The notes: a model not told the origin generated them from the letters alone. Positions 29,175 through 38,928 are shown, numbered from the stretch's first letter. The stretch is DNA of 64,000 nucleotides from Candidatus Nitrospinota bacterium M3_3B_026 (GCA_051418015.1 JBPRGF010000029.1:145691-209690); one strand, 5' to 3'. Program-made: numbers and translations.

Positions 29175-30482
29175 ATGAGAGTTTTACAGGAGAAAAAAGC
29201 CGCCTTGAGGATCGCCGCGTTGCTTTTCTCCGCGGCGGCGCCCTTGTGGGCCATGGCTGCCCAGGCCGGGGACAAGAGCCTGCATGGGCGCGTGGCCGTG
29301 GGGCACATGAGCGTGGACGACTCCTCCCCCGCCGGGGACTTCGACTCCTCCCGCGTCTACTACCGCCTGATCGCCGAGGACGTGGGCGGCTGGGAGGACG
29401 TCAACGTTAACATCGACGGGAGGGCGCGCTCGTCCTCGTCGGACTACAACGACGACATCCCGCCGAACCGCCTGCTGCTTTTGAACGTGGAGGTGAAGAA
29501 GATACTCAACAGGATCGACCTGACCCTCGGCCGCTCGTTCATAGACGAGATGGTGGGCCGCCAGGTGGACGGGGCGGACATCAAGCTGCGGGTATACCGC
29601 CGGTCCGGCGTGGGGCTTTTCGGCGGGGGCAGGCCGGACCCCTTCGACGACTCCATAAACTTCGACTACATGGCCTACGGGGCCTACGCCTTCGCCCTTT
29701 CCGACCGGGCGGGCGTGACCGGCGGCTGGGCGCTGGACACCTTCAAGGGAGAAAAGGACGGCGAGCGGGCCCATGGCAACGTATATCTCATCCCCTCGGA
29801 CCAGTTCCACGTCTGGGGCTCGGCGGACGCGGACAACATCGACGACTCCTCCGGCAAGGGCTGGGAGGTGACCAACCTCATCGTCCACGCCAACTGGCGG
29901 CCCTCGCCGGCCTTCGGGATGAGCTTCACGTTGAACGACTTCCGGGCGGTCAACAGGATCGCCGCGATGCTGGAGAAGGACTACGAGTACTCAGGCGACA
30001 GGTACACCACCGCCAGGGTGAAGGCGGACTACAGGTTCTGGCGCCGCCTCGCCGTCTACGGCGGCTTCGACCAGCGCTCGCGGGAGATCGACTCGGCCTC
30101 GGCCAGCAGGTTCTACGCGGGCCTGAGGAACACCGACTCCTTTTTTCACACACGGTGGGACCTGCGCTACTCGGACCTTAGCTATTTCGGCTCCAGCGTG
30201 ACGGCGATGTACGGTTCGCTCGGGGTGACGGTCCTGGACAGGCTGTCGGCGGATTTTTCCGTCACGCTGCTCAAAAGCTCCCAGGACGACATGCCCAACG
30301 ACATGGAGCAGACGGTCTACGAGCTGTACCTGGACTGGTCCGTCACGAGGAACATTTACGCCGCCGTCTCCTGGAGCTACTCCGCGGAGAAATACCTGGA
30401 CGTCGACTCCGTCTACTCATCCCAGCTCGACGACAACTTCACCACCACCACCCTCTACGCCCAGGCCGGCTACAGGTTCTAG
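29175..30482 (+). CDS. Putative outer-membrane beta-barrel (porin partner of the multiheme cytochrome)
   Basis: Signal peptide, alternating aromatic beta-strands, LTLGR..DG motif, C-terminal YAQAGYRF (BAM-type signature); 4 bp after the cytochrome stop. Confidence 0.8.
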   Translation: MRVLQEKKAALRIAALLFSAAAPLWAMAAQAGDKSLHGRVAVGHMSVDDSSPAGDFDSSRVYYRLIAEDVGGWEDVNVNIDGRARSSSSDYNDDIPPNRLLLLNVEVKKILNRIDLTLGRSFIDEMVGRQVDGADIKLRVYRRSGVGLFGGGRPDPFDDSINFDYMAYGAYAFALSDRAGVTGGWALDTFKGEKDGERAHGNVYLIPSDQFHVWGSADADNIDDSSGKGWEVTNLIVHANWRPSPAFGMSFTLNDFRAVNRIAAMLEKDYEYSGDRYTTARVKADYRFWRRLAVYGGFDQRSREIDSASASRFYAGLRNTDSFFHTRWDLRYSDLSYFGSSVTAMYGSLGVTVLDRLSADFSVTLLKSSQDDMPNDMEQTVYELYLDWSVTRNIYAAVSWSYSAEKYLDVDSVYSSQLDDNFTTTTLYAQAGYRF

Positions 30483-30521
30483 GCCCGGAGGCCGCGCCCT
30501 CCAGGGCACAGCGGGGCCCGT

Positions 30522-32558
30522 TCATCCTTTTTCCCATCGCGGCTGCCCCACCATGACGCCGAGGTCCCTGTCGTCGGAGCTTGCGCCCTCCTTTTTCGGG
30601 TTGTAAACGCCGCCGGACTCTATCCAGAGGATAGCGCCTTTCCCAAGCCTCCCCTCGAAGAGCACAACATCTTTCCAGGCGGTATCGTGGAACAGCGCCT
30701 CTGTTCTCCGCCCGTCCAGCCAGAGGGTAACCTTGCGAGGGCTCGCGTCAAGCCCCGGTATGGGGGCGGACATGGGCAGGACCAGCCTTCCTTCCCCCGG
30801 CCCGATTTTCATCACGGCCCTTTTGCCCGTCCAGCGCGCGCCGGCCCCGCCGGGCTGGCGCTCCCAGTTGTAAAAGCCTGTGCTGTAGCTTTCTGGGATG
30901 GGGCGGGCGGCCACGAGCCTGACCTGGTATGCGAACGCGAGCGCGACGAGAGCCATGACGGCGATGAAGGCTTTTTTGCCGAGCGGCCTTGGCGGAAAAC
31001 CTTTGCTGAGACCGGCCAGCAGTCCGAACTGGACCCAGAAAAATATCTCGATGGCGCGGCTGAGGAAAAGATGATGCGTCACTCCCATGAGCAGGAAGAT
31101 GACGAGCGAGGCCAGCAGGGCGATGATCAGCGCCTTCTTCTGTGTCTTGCTATCCTGGTTTTTAAGCGCTCTGAAGCCCCCGGCGAGGACGGAGCCTGTA
31201 AGCAGCCCCCAGGCGGCCAGCCCTATAACGCCCTGGTTCGCCAGCATCTCGAAATAGGTGGAATGAGCCGTGGCGCCGGAAGCGAAGCCGATGTACTCCC
31301 AGTTGAACCAGTCCGAGGCGTAGTATTCCTTGAACATCGCCGTGTACCGGCCAAGGCCGACGCCGAGCAGCGGAGAGGACAGGAACATCAGGACGGCGGT
31401 GTGCCAGAGGAAAAAGCGCGGCTCCGAGACTCCGTGTTTCATGAAATAGAGAGGATCGCCGGCGAAGTCGCCGATGTTTTCGAAAAGCTCCATGTCGACT
31501 TTGCTCAATATCTCGCCGTAGAGCCTCTGGAAGGCCAGGCCGCCCATGAGCGCGTATCCCCCAGCCGCGGCGGCGATCAAGATGAGCGCTGCGGCGTACA
31601 CCCTCCCCGCCTTCGCGCGGCCCGCGGCATGATAGATATAAAGCCCCGCGGTGAATATGAGCGCGAGATACAAAAGAGCCGCCGATGTCCTCAACCCCCC
31701 CTGTATCACGCAGTAGGATATCAGGGCGAAGGCCGCCGACGCAGCGGCCAGGGAGACCGGCTGTCTCCGCCTGTCGAACATCGTGTAGAGCGCCGCAGGC
31801 AGGACAAGCAGCAGGTACTGGTTGAAAAAATGCAGGGCGAAGGCGAAGGCCGTGATCGACCCTCCGAAGCTCCCGACAAGCGATATGGTCAGATAGCGCC
31901 ACGTCTCCTGCTCCTTCGGGACGAGGCCGTGGACCATCAGTATCCCCGCTATGCAGACGGCGCCAGCCACGTATGTCAGAGCCTCGAAAAGCCGCCGCGC
32001 AGGCCCCGCGCCCGCCGCCGAAAGCGTGTAAGCCAGGTAAAAAAGCGCCGCGCCGCTGGCCGTGTTCGTGAAAACGCGCAGGTAATGAACCGTCGGCTCA
32101 GGATGCGCCGCCAGCCACCACGCGAAAACATCCCCGGCGGAGGCGGCCCACGCCTCATATAGAAACTCCCTGCCGTCGATCGGGACGCTGGCGGCGGAGG
32201 CGGCGAGAAGGAAGATGAAAACGCGCCCGAGGGGAAAGGGGGGCGCATCTTTCCATCTTGCGGCGTGGAAGGCGGCGGAGGCGATCGTGATAAACACAAA
32301 AACCTCGGTCATCCAGTAGCCGGGCCAGCCGCTCTCGCCGAGGTAAAAAGGGGCCGCAAGGAGCAAAAACACCGCGCCGTTTACGGGGTTTGTGAAGGCG
32401 ATCGCGGCGAAAAAGGCCAGTATCATCGCCGCCGCCCAAGGCTCCGGCAGGGAGAAAAAATAAGCCAGAAGACCGACCACCGCGAAGAAGGCGGCGATCC
32501 AGAAAGGATCAACAAGCCGTTTCGTCACGGCGTCCCGGAGCCCTCCGCCCAACGTCAC
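30522..32558 (-). CDS. O-antigen ligase / oligosaccharyltransferase-like (Wzy_C) membrane protein
   Basis: Many transmembrane helices; R..LW..A..MF...PLLGVGLG.Y and AHSTYFEMLA.QG motifs. GTG 32558 overlaps the galE stop. Confidence 0.82.
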   Translation of the reverse strand: MTLGGGLRDAVTKRLVDPFWIAAFFAVVGLLAYFFSLPEPWAAAMILAFFAAIAFTNPVNGAVFLLLAAPFYLGESGWPGYWMTEVFVFITIASAAFHAARWKDAPPFPLGRVFIFLLAASAASVPIDGREFLYEAWAASAGDVFAWWLAAHPEPTVHYLRVFTNTASGAALFYLAYTLSAAGAGPARRLFEALTYVAGAVCIAGILMVHGLVPKEQETWRYLTISLVGSFGGSITAFAFALHFFNQYLLLVLPAALYTMFDRRRQPVSLAAASAAFALISYCVIQGGLRTSAALLYLALIFTAGLYIYHAAGRAKAGRVYAAALILIAAAAGGYALMGGLAFQRLYGEILSKVDMELFENIGDFAGDPLYFMKHGVSEPRFFLWHTAVLMFLSSPLLGVGLGRYTAMFKEYYASDWFNWEYIGFASGATAHSTYFEMLANQGVIGLAAWGLLTGSVLAGGFRALKNQDSKTQKKALIIALLASLVIFLLMGVTHHLFLSRAIEIFFWVQFGLLAGLSKGFPPRPLGKKAFIAVMALVALAFAYQVRLVAARPIPESYSTGFYNWERQPGGAGARWTGKRAVMKIGPGEGRLVLPMSAPIPGLDASPRKVTLWLDGRRTEALFHDTAWKDVVLFEGRLGKGAILWIESGGVYNPKKEGASSDDRDLGVMVGQPRWEKG

Positions 32559-33556
32559 GCCGCGGCGCCGTAGCCGTTCGGCCGGGAGGCGGTCCACCGG
32601 TGGGCGGTTTCGACGATCGGCTCAAGGCCGGGGCAGGAAGGTTTCCAGCCGAGGATTTTTTCGGCCTTCTCCGCCGAGGCCACAAGCTCCGGCGGGTCCC
32701 CCTCCCTGCGCGCGCCAGTGACGGCCCGGACCGGTGAGCCTGTCACCCTCTCCACGGTCTGTATCACCTGCCGCACCGAGTAGCCCCTGCCGGAGCCGAG
32801 GTTGAAGGCGTCCGGCGCGCCGCCGTCCATGATGTACTCCAGCGCCTTCAGGTGGGCGTCCGCCAGGTCCGTCACGTGGATATAGTCCCGGACGCACGTC
32901 CCGTCGGCGGTCGGGTAGTCATCGCCGTAGATGGTCATCCCCTCGCGCCGCCCCAGCGCCGTTTCGATGGCTATCGGGATAAGGTGCGTCTCCGGGTCGT
33001 GATCCTCGCCAAGCTCGCCTTCCGGGTCGGCCCCGGCGGCGTTGAAGTAGCGAAGGAATACGGGGCGAAGACCATCGGAGCGGGCGAGGTCGAGCGCCAT
33101 CCTCTCGAAGACCATTTTCGTGAACCCATAGGGGCTTACGGGGTTTAATGGATGATCCTCGCGGATCGGGACGGCCTGGGGGGCGCCGTAGACTGCGCAG
33201 GTGGAGGAGAAGACGAGGTTTTCCACGCCGTGTTTCGCCATCGACTCCAGCAGGGTCAGGCCGTTGGCGACGTTGTTGCGGTAGTATTTGGCCGGGTCGC
33301 GGACGGACTCGCCGACGTCGGCGGACGCGGCGAAATGCATGACGGCGGCGATCCTCCCGGAGGAAAAGATGTCGTCCAGGAGCCTTTCGTCCCCGATGTC
33401 GCCCACGACAAGCTCCCCGTCCAGGGCCGCCTCGCGGTGGCCGGTGGAGAGGTTGTCGAGCGTCAGCGTCTCCCACCCGGCCTTTCGCAGGAACCTGGCG
33501 CAATGGCTGCCGATGTACCCGGCGCCGCCGGTGACCAGGATTGTTTTCTGTCTCAT
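32555..33556 (-). CDS. galE: UDP-glucose 4-epimerase
   Basis: VTGGAGYIGSH, HFAA...VGESV..P.KYY.NN, FSSTCAVYG, LRYFNAAGA, DGTCVRDYIHV. Confidence 0.95.
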   Translation of the reverse strand: MRQKTILVTGGAGYIGSHCARFLRKAGWETLTLDNLSTGHREAALDGELVVGDIGDERLLDDIFSSGRIAAVMHFAASADVGESVRDPAKYYRNNVANGLTLLESMAKHGVENLVFSSTCAVYGAPQAVPIREDHPLNPVSPYGFTKMVFERMALDLARSDGLRPVFLRYFNAAGADPEGELGEDHDPETHLIPIAIETALGRREGMTIYGDDYPTADGTCVRDYIHVTDLADAHLKALEYIMDGGAPDAFNLGSGRGYSVRQVIQTVERVTGSPVRAVTGARREGDPPELVASAEKAEKILGWKPSCPGLEPIVETAHRWTASRPNGYGAAA

Positions 33557-33572
33557 GTCCGGCGATGGATTA

Positions 33573-33724
33573 TTGAAAAACTGTTTTCGATTGTCATTCC
33601 TCGAAGCGAGGAATCCCGCTGTTTTCCCGGCGCAAGACTTCTCGCCGGCGCTCAGAGCGGAGCTGTTTCATCCGATGCGAGATGCTTCACTTCGTTCAGC
33701 ATGACAAGTTAATGGCTTTTTCAA
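33573..33724. repeat. MITE-like element: TTGAAAAA/TTTTTCAA ends enclosing palindromic element copy 2 (33592-33706)
   Basis: Inverted 8-mers at 33573-80 and 33717-24; internal TGTCATTC...AAGCGAGGAATCCCGCTGTTT...GAGATGCTTCACTTCGTTCAGCATGACA. Confidence 0.6.
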
Positions 33725-35673
33725 CCGCTTTTCCCGCCCGGCAGCATCTGGATGAGCCGCGCTTCCCCGCCGGAGCCATGGGCGGATGGGGCGTGATTTG
33801 TCCATGACAGGATGCGGCGGCATACTCCCTCCGGATCCGCCGCGCAGTCCTTCAGCGCCTGCTCCACGAGGGACTCCACCCCCGTCCACGCCGCCCCCTG
33901 GTTTCTCACCATGTATATCTTGGGATGCGCCGTGGGGGCCAGCGCGTCGGCGTCGTCCGCAAGCTTCTCGGTGAGTTTCTCACCCGGCCGCAGGCCAGTG
34001 AAGACTATCTCTATGTCCCTTCCCGGCTCGAACCCGGCCATGCGTATCATCTTCTCCGCCAGGTCGACGATCCTCACCGGCTCGCCCATGTCCAGTATGT
34101 AAAGCCCCCCCTGCCGGCCCGTGCTCGCCGCCTGCAGGATGAGCAGCACCGCCTCCGGGATGGTCATAAAATACCTTGTCACGTCCTTGTGGGTCACCGT
34201 CACGGGGCCCCTGGCCTCTATCTGGCGGCGGAACAGGGGCACAACGCTGCCGTTGCTGCCAAGGACGTTGCCGAAGCGGACGGTCATGAACATCGTCCGG
34301 CTCGTCCTGGCGAGGCTCTGGAGGTACAACTCGCATATCCTCTTCGTCGCGCCCATGACGTTCGCCGGCTCGACGGCCTTGTCGGTGGATATGAGTATGA
34401 ACCGCTCGACGCCGCTTTTGCCGGCGAGGTCCGCCACGACCTTCATGCCGCCAATGTTGTTGCGCACAGCCTCCGCCTTGTTCTCCTCCATGAGCGGCAC
34501 GTGCTTATGGGCCGCGGCGTGGAAGACGAACTGCGGCCTCGTTTCGGAGAAGATGCGCGCCATCCTCTCCTCCATGGTGATGTCCGCCACCTCGAAGCGG
34601 AGGCCGGCCGCGCCCCTGTTGTTCTCCAGGGTCACGCCGAGCTGGTGCAGATAGTTTTCGCTCTTGTCCACGAGGATCAGCTCCGAGGGGCCGAACTCGG
34701 CTATCTGGGAGGCCAGCTGGGCGCCTATGGAGCCGCCCGCGCCGGTTATCAGAACGCGCTTGCCCTTCAGGGCGCTCTCCACGCTGGAGTAGTCTATGCT
34801 CACCGGCTCGCGGTTCAAAAGGTCCTCTATCCTTATGTCCCGCAGCCTCGAGACGTCTATCTCCCGCTCGCTGTCAAGGTAGGGCGGGACGACCCGGAGG
34901 GAAACCTTCAGCCCCCGGCAGACGGCGTTGATCCGCTCCAGCCTGTCGCCGGAAAGCTGCGAGGCCACGAGAAGCTCCCGGACAGAGAAGCGCTCCACGA
35001 TCTCCTCGAACCTGTCCATGGAGCTCAAAACCGGGTATCCGTGGATATGGACGCCTTCGTATTTATGGTCATCGTCCACGAACCCCACCGGCTCGTAACG
35101 CGACTTGCTGACGCCGCTCAGAAGGGAGCGCAGAAGGAGCACCCCGCGCTCGTTGGCGCCGTATATGACCACGGGAATCCCCTCGCCGGCCTCGCCCTTC
35201 ATGAAGCCGCCGGACGGGTGAAACGCTTTTGAAATCCTCCTGAGCCCCCACCCCCTGTCGTAAAAAAGGCGGATGGCCAGCCGGAACATCCCGATGAAAA
35301 GAATGGTCAGGACCGCGTCGATGACGAAGACGGAGCGGGAGACGACGCCCGTTATGTTCGAGTAATGGAAAAAGAATATCCACACCATGACCACGGCGAA
35401 ACTTATCGCCGTCGCCTTGGCCAGGTTCAGAATGTCCACGATCCCGGTGTAGCGCCACATGCCGGACTCGAGGCCGTAGACCGCGAACGCGGCAATCTTC
35501 AACCCCACTAGAGGGAAGACGGACTGCCAGAAGAACCTGTATACGTCCGGGTCGGGGGAGATTGTCTCGAACCGGAGCCAGTAGGCCGCCCAGTAAGCGA
35601 AAAACAGGAGAAGGGCGTCCGTGAGCAGGACTATGTAAGTGTGCGGATTCCTGAAGGCTATCTTTGGTCTCAT
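33721..35673 (-). CDS. Membrane-bound nucleoside-diphosphate sugar 4,6-dehydratase (CapD/PglF/WbpM family)
   Basis: N-terminal transmembrane helices, IEDLLNRE, ITGAGGSIG, HAAAHKHVP, STDKAV.P.NVMGATK, RFGNVLGSNGSV, GLRPGEKL. Confidence 0.93.
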   Translation of the reverse strand: MRPKIAFRNPHTYIVLLTDALLLFFAYWAAYWLRFETISPDPDVYRFFWQSVFPLVGLKIAAFAVYGLESGMWRYTGIVDILNLAKATAISFAVVMVWIFFFHYSNITGVVSRSVFVIDAVLTILFIGMFRLAIRLFYDRGWGLRRISKAFHPSGGFMKGEAGEGIPVVIYGANERGVLLLRSLLSGVSKSRYEPVGFVDDDHKYEGVHIHGYPVLSSMDRFEEIVERFSVRELLVASQLSGDRLERINAVCRGLKVSLRVVPPYLDSEREIDVSRLRDIRIEDLLNREPVSIDYSSVESALKGKRVLITGAGGSIGAQLASQIAEFGPSELILVDKSENYLHQLGVTLENNRGAAGLRFEVADITMEERMARIFSETRPQFVFHAAAHKHVPLMEENKAEAVRNNIGGMKVVADLAGKSGVERFILISTDKAVEPANVMGATKRICELYLQSLARTSRTMFMTVRFGNVLGSNGSVVPLFRRQIEARGPVTVTHKDVTRYFMTIPEAVLLILQAASTGRQGGLYILDMGEPVRIVDLAEKMIRMAGFEPGRDIEIVFTGLRPGEKLTEKLADDADALAPTAHPKIYMVRNQGAAWTGVESLVEQALKDCAADPEGVCRRILSWTNHAPSAHGSGGEARLIQMLPGGKSG

Positions 35674-35805
35674 AATAGAAATCGCGCCCCCGAGGCGCCT
35701 GCCGTCTTTGCGGAACTTTTTGAAAATTATGACATCAGCGGTCCGCCCTTACAAACAAAAAACATCCCGCGGCGCCCCGGGAGGCGGGTGCCGGGCCTTG
35801 TTTTC

Positions 35806-37617
35806 CTATCGGCCGCCCTCCCGGGAAGTCAAGGAAGCCGGCCCCGAACCCGCCGCCGCGAGCCTTTCGTCATACGGCTTCCCGGCGCAGTCCAGGAATA
35901 TGCGCGCGGAGCAGCTTCTGCAGATATCATCATCCAGCTTGCTCACTATCGTCCGTATGGCCTCCTCCTTGGAGCGGAAGAGGTTCTCCTCGCCGATGGT
36001 CTTGATATGCCCGCCCCTCTCCAGCATGGAGAGCACGCCCCCCTTCAGCCTGTAAAAGTAGAGGTCACCCCCCTTGGCCCTCCTTCGCTCAAGCTCCTCC
36101 ATGATCATTTCCATTCCGGCCACGTCTATGAAGTTTACCCCCTGGGAGACGATGAGGGCGTGTATTTGCTTCGGCGTCTTGCTGTCCATCTCCATCAGCG
36201 CCCGCGCCACGTGGCTGACGGACCCGAAGTAGAGCGAGCCGTCTATCCTTATGATCTTGAACTGGGGACACTCCGGCAATCTCGGATTCGTGGTGAAGGA
36301 GCGCCTCGGCGACGCGGGGTCGGGCACACGGCTCAGGACGGTGGGCTTGGCGGTCTTGTTCAGGTAGAGCAGCAGCGAAAAGAGCATGCCGACATATATG
36401 GCGAACTCAAGCTTCACGAGAAGCGTGGCGAAAAAGGTCACCAGCAGCACGGCGTACTCGGCCTTGCTGGCCCTGAATATGGCCCTTATGTGGCGCATGT
36501 CGATAAGGTTGTAGGCCACCAGCAGGACTATCCCGCCCATCGCCGGGATCGGAAGATACGCCGCCAGCGGCGCCACGAAGAACAGGATCAGCGCAAGCGA
36601 CAAGGCCGCGAACACCGCCGCCAGCGGCGTCTTCGCCCCGGCGGAGTAGTTTATCCCGCTCCTCGTGAACGAGCCGGAGGACGCGTAGCAGGAGAAAAAG
36701 CTCCCCACGATGTTCGAGAGCCCCTGGCCTATGAACTCCTGGTTGCCCTCTATCCTCTGGCGGGACTTCGTGGCGATCGAGCGGGCGATGGATATGGCCT
36801 CGATAAGCCCCATCATCGCCACCGCCACGGCCCCAGGCGCCATCTCCCGCAGCGCCGCGGCGGAAAAGTCCGGGACGGAAAAGGGCGGCAGGTGGGAAGG
36901 GAGCGAGCCGACGACAGCTATCCCCTGCGCCTCGCCTCCGAGCAGCCAGGCCACGACGCCCCCGGCCACCATCCCGAAAAGCATCCCCGGCCAGCGGGGC
37001 CTCGCCTTTTTAACGATCACCACCACCGCCAGCGTCACCGCCGCGACGGCGACGGCGTAGGGGTTGGTCTCCGGAGCGGCGCGGAAAAGGTCCACCCACG
37101 TATGCAAAAACGACTCGCCCTTGGGAATCGTGACGCCCAGGCAGTGTTTGACCTGGCTGGTGGCGATAAGTATCGCCGCGCCGCTGGTGAAGCCTATCAC
37201 CACCGTGTGCGATATGAAGTTCACCACCGCGCCCATCCGGGCCACGCCGAGCGCGAACTGGGCCAGCCCGGCGAGAAAGGTCAGCGTGAGAGCCAGGGAG
37301 ACGAACCCCGCCGTACCCGGCTCGGCGTGAGGGCTTACCGTGGAGAAGACGACTATCGATATCGCCGTCGTCGGCCCGGAGATAAGATGCATCGAGGAGC
37401 CGAAAAGCCCCGCGACAATCGGCGGGATGATCGCCGTGTAAAGCCCGTACTCCGGCGGCAGGCCCGCTATCATCGCGAAGGCCACCCCCTGCGGCAGGAC
37501 GACAAAGGCGTTCGTCACGCCCGCCATCAGGTCGTCTTTCAGCGTCTCCCGGCGGACGCTCCCCATCCACGAAAGAAAAGGCAGCGCCCTGTATAGCCAG
37601 GCCCCGGCGTTTGTCAC
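35806..37617 (-). CDS. SulP-family anion transporter with STAS domain
   Basis: DLMAG...LPQGVAFA.IAGLP..YGLY, GPT, NQEFIGQG..N, GSFTRS; STAS (RIDGSLYF, FIDVAG); terminal CxxC...C. Confidence 0.93.
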   Translation of the reverse strand: MTNAGAWLYRALPFLSWMGSVRRETLKDDLMAGVTNAFVVLPQGVAFAMIAGLPPEYGLYTAIIPPIVAGLFGSSMHLISGPTTAISIVVFSTVSPHAEPGTAGFVSLALTLTFLAGLAQFALGVARMGAVVNFISHTVVIGFTSGAAILIATSQVKHCLGVTIPKGESFLHTWVDLFRAAPETNPYAVAVAAVTLAVVVIVKKARPRWPGMLFGMVAGGVVAWLLGGEAQGIAVVGSLPSHLPPFSVPDFSAAALREMAPGAVAVAMMGLIEAISIARSIATKSRQRIEGNQEFIGQGLSNIVGSFFSCYASSGSFTRSGINYSAGAKTPLAAVFAALSLALILFFVAPLAAYLPIPAMGGIVLLVAYNLIDMRHIRAIFRASKAEYAVLLVTFFATLLVKLEFAIYVGMLFSLLLYLNKTAKPTVLSRVPDPASPRRSFTTNPRLPECPQFKIIRIDGSLYFGSVSHVARALMEMDSKTPKQIHALIVSQGVNFIDVAGMEMIMEELERRRAKGGDLYFYRLKGGVLSMLERGGHIKTIGEENLFRSKEEAIRTIVSKLDDDICRSCSARIFLDCAGKPYDERLAAAGSGPASLTSREGGR

Positions 37618-37875
37618 GGCAGACGCTCCATGAGGAGCCCGTCCCTCGGCGATCCGGGTGTCAAAGGAGAAACCGGGGAACTATCGGGAACGGGCATCGT
37701 AAAAAACAGGCTCTACAGTCGAACGTGGTGTTTATATGGATAATTTCGACTTAGTATAATAACAAATCCGTTGCAGGTGGACCGCGGAGCGAAAAAAGAC
37801 GTATATTACCAGAAGTCCGAAAAAGGCTCAAACACGCGCCGGCTCAAGGCGCGCCAAAGCGGAAAGGAGGAGGCC

Positions 37876-38376
37876 ATGGCGTCTGTCACGTTCAAGGGAA
37901 ACCCTGTAAACACCGTTGGGGATTTGCCGTCCGCCGGATCCACCGCGCCGGATTTCACCCTCACGAAGACGGACCTCTCGGACGTCTCCCTGAAGGATTT
38001 TTCCGGCAAGAGGATCGTCCTGAACATCTTCCCCAGCGTCGATACCCCCGTCTGCGCCGCCTCGGTGCGGAGGTTCAACCAGGAGGCGGACAAGCTGCCG
38101 GACACCGTCGTCCTCGGCGTCTCGCTGGACCTGCCCTTCGCCCACAAGCGCTTCTGCTCGGCGGAGGGGATAGAGAGCGTCATATCCGTCACGGAGCTTC
38201 GCGACAGGAGGTTCGGCGAGGACTACGGCGTCCGGATGGTGGACGGGCCGCTGGCGGGTCTTCTGTCCAGGGCGGTCGTCATCATCGATGAGAACGGAAA
38301 GGTCGTCTACACCGAGCAGGTCCCGGAGATAACCCAGGAGCCGGACTACGAGGCGGCCCTGAAGGCTCTCTCCTGA
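37876..38376 (+). CDS. tpx: Thiol peroxidase (atypical 2-Cys peroxiredoxin)
   Basis: FPSVDTPVCA, SLDLPFA..RFC, EPDYEAAL; strong RBS AGGAGG before ATG 37876. Confidence 0.95.
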   Translation: MASVTFKGNPVNTVGDLPSAGSTAPDFTLTKTDLSDVSLKDFSGKRIVLNIFPSVDTPVCAASVRRFNQEADKLPDTVVLGVSLDLPFAHKRFCSAEGIESVISVTELRDRRFGEDYGVRMVDGPLAGLLSRAVVIIDENGKVVYTEQVPEITQEPDYEAALKALS

Positions 38377-38472
38377 AAAACCATTTTCCTATGACTTTCG
38401 GCATCGCGCCGCGGAGCCCCATCGGCTATAAAGGGCGTCAACCTTCCGTTTTCATATAGGAGTTTTGTTTCC

Positions 38473-38928
38473 ATGAGATTTTTCGCCATTTTCGCCGCCG
38501 CTGTTCTTTTCACATCCGGCGCCGCCTCGGCTTCCGAAAGAATGAAGCAGGCCGGGCAGGAGAACGAACACGTAAAAAAGGTGACGGGCGGGGAAAGCTC
38601 CGGCCTCACGCTCATCCAGGTGATGCAGGACCTGGCCGCGCAGCTTTCCCGGATACAGTTCGGCATACTCACCAATAACAGGCACATGATAAAACAGGGC
38701 GCGCAAGACATCGCCGATCACCCCGCGCCGGAGGGGGGCATCGCGCCTTACATCAAGAAAAACCCGGAGCAGGTGAAATCCGTCGTCCCGGTGATGGACA
38801 AGCAGGTGCACAAGACGGCGGTGGAAATGACGCAGGCGGCAGGCTCCGCCCCCATGCTGGAGCTGCAAAAGATGGCGGACAAAATAACCTCCGGCTGCGT
38901 CTCCTGCCACGACCTTTTCCGGGACTGA
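38473..38928 (+). CDS. Periplasmic class II (cytochrome c'-like) monoheme cytochrome
   Basis: Signal peptide, helical body, C-terminal CVSCH..FR. Confidence 0.8.
   Translation: MRFFAIFAAAVLFTSGAASASERMKQAGQENEHVKKVTGGESSGLTLIQVMQDLAAQLSRIQFGILTNNRHMIKQGAQDIADHPAPEGGIAPYIKKNPEQVKSVVPVMDKQVHKTAVEMTQAAGSAPMLELQKMADKITSGCVSCHDLFRD

Noticed and set aside
35641..37596. 651-aa + strand ORF, and similar long ORFs at 19314-20801, 46481-48109, 49750-51324, 51788-53278 and 58443-60176
   Set aside because: Alternative-frame or antisense shadows of well-supported genes, expected in high-GC DNA; Arg/Pro/Gly-rich with no motifs.
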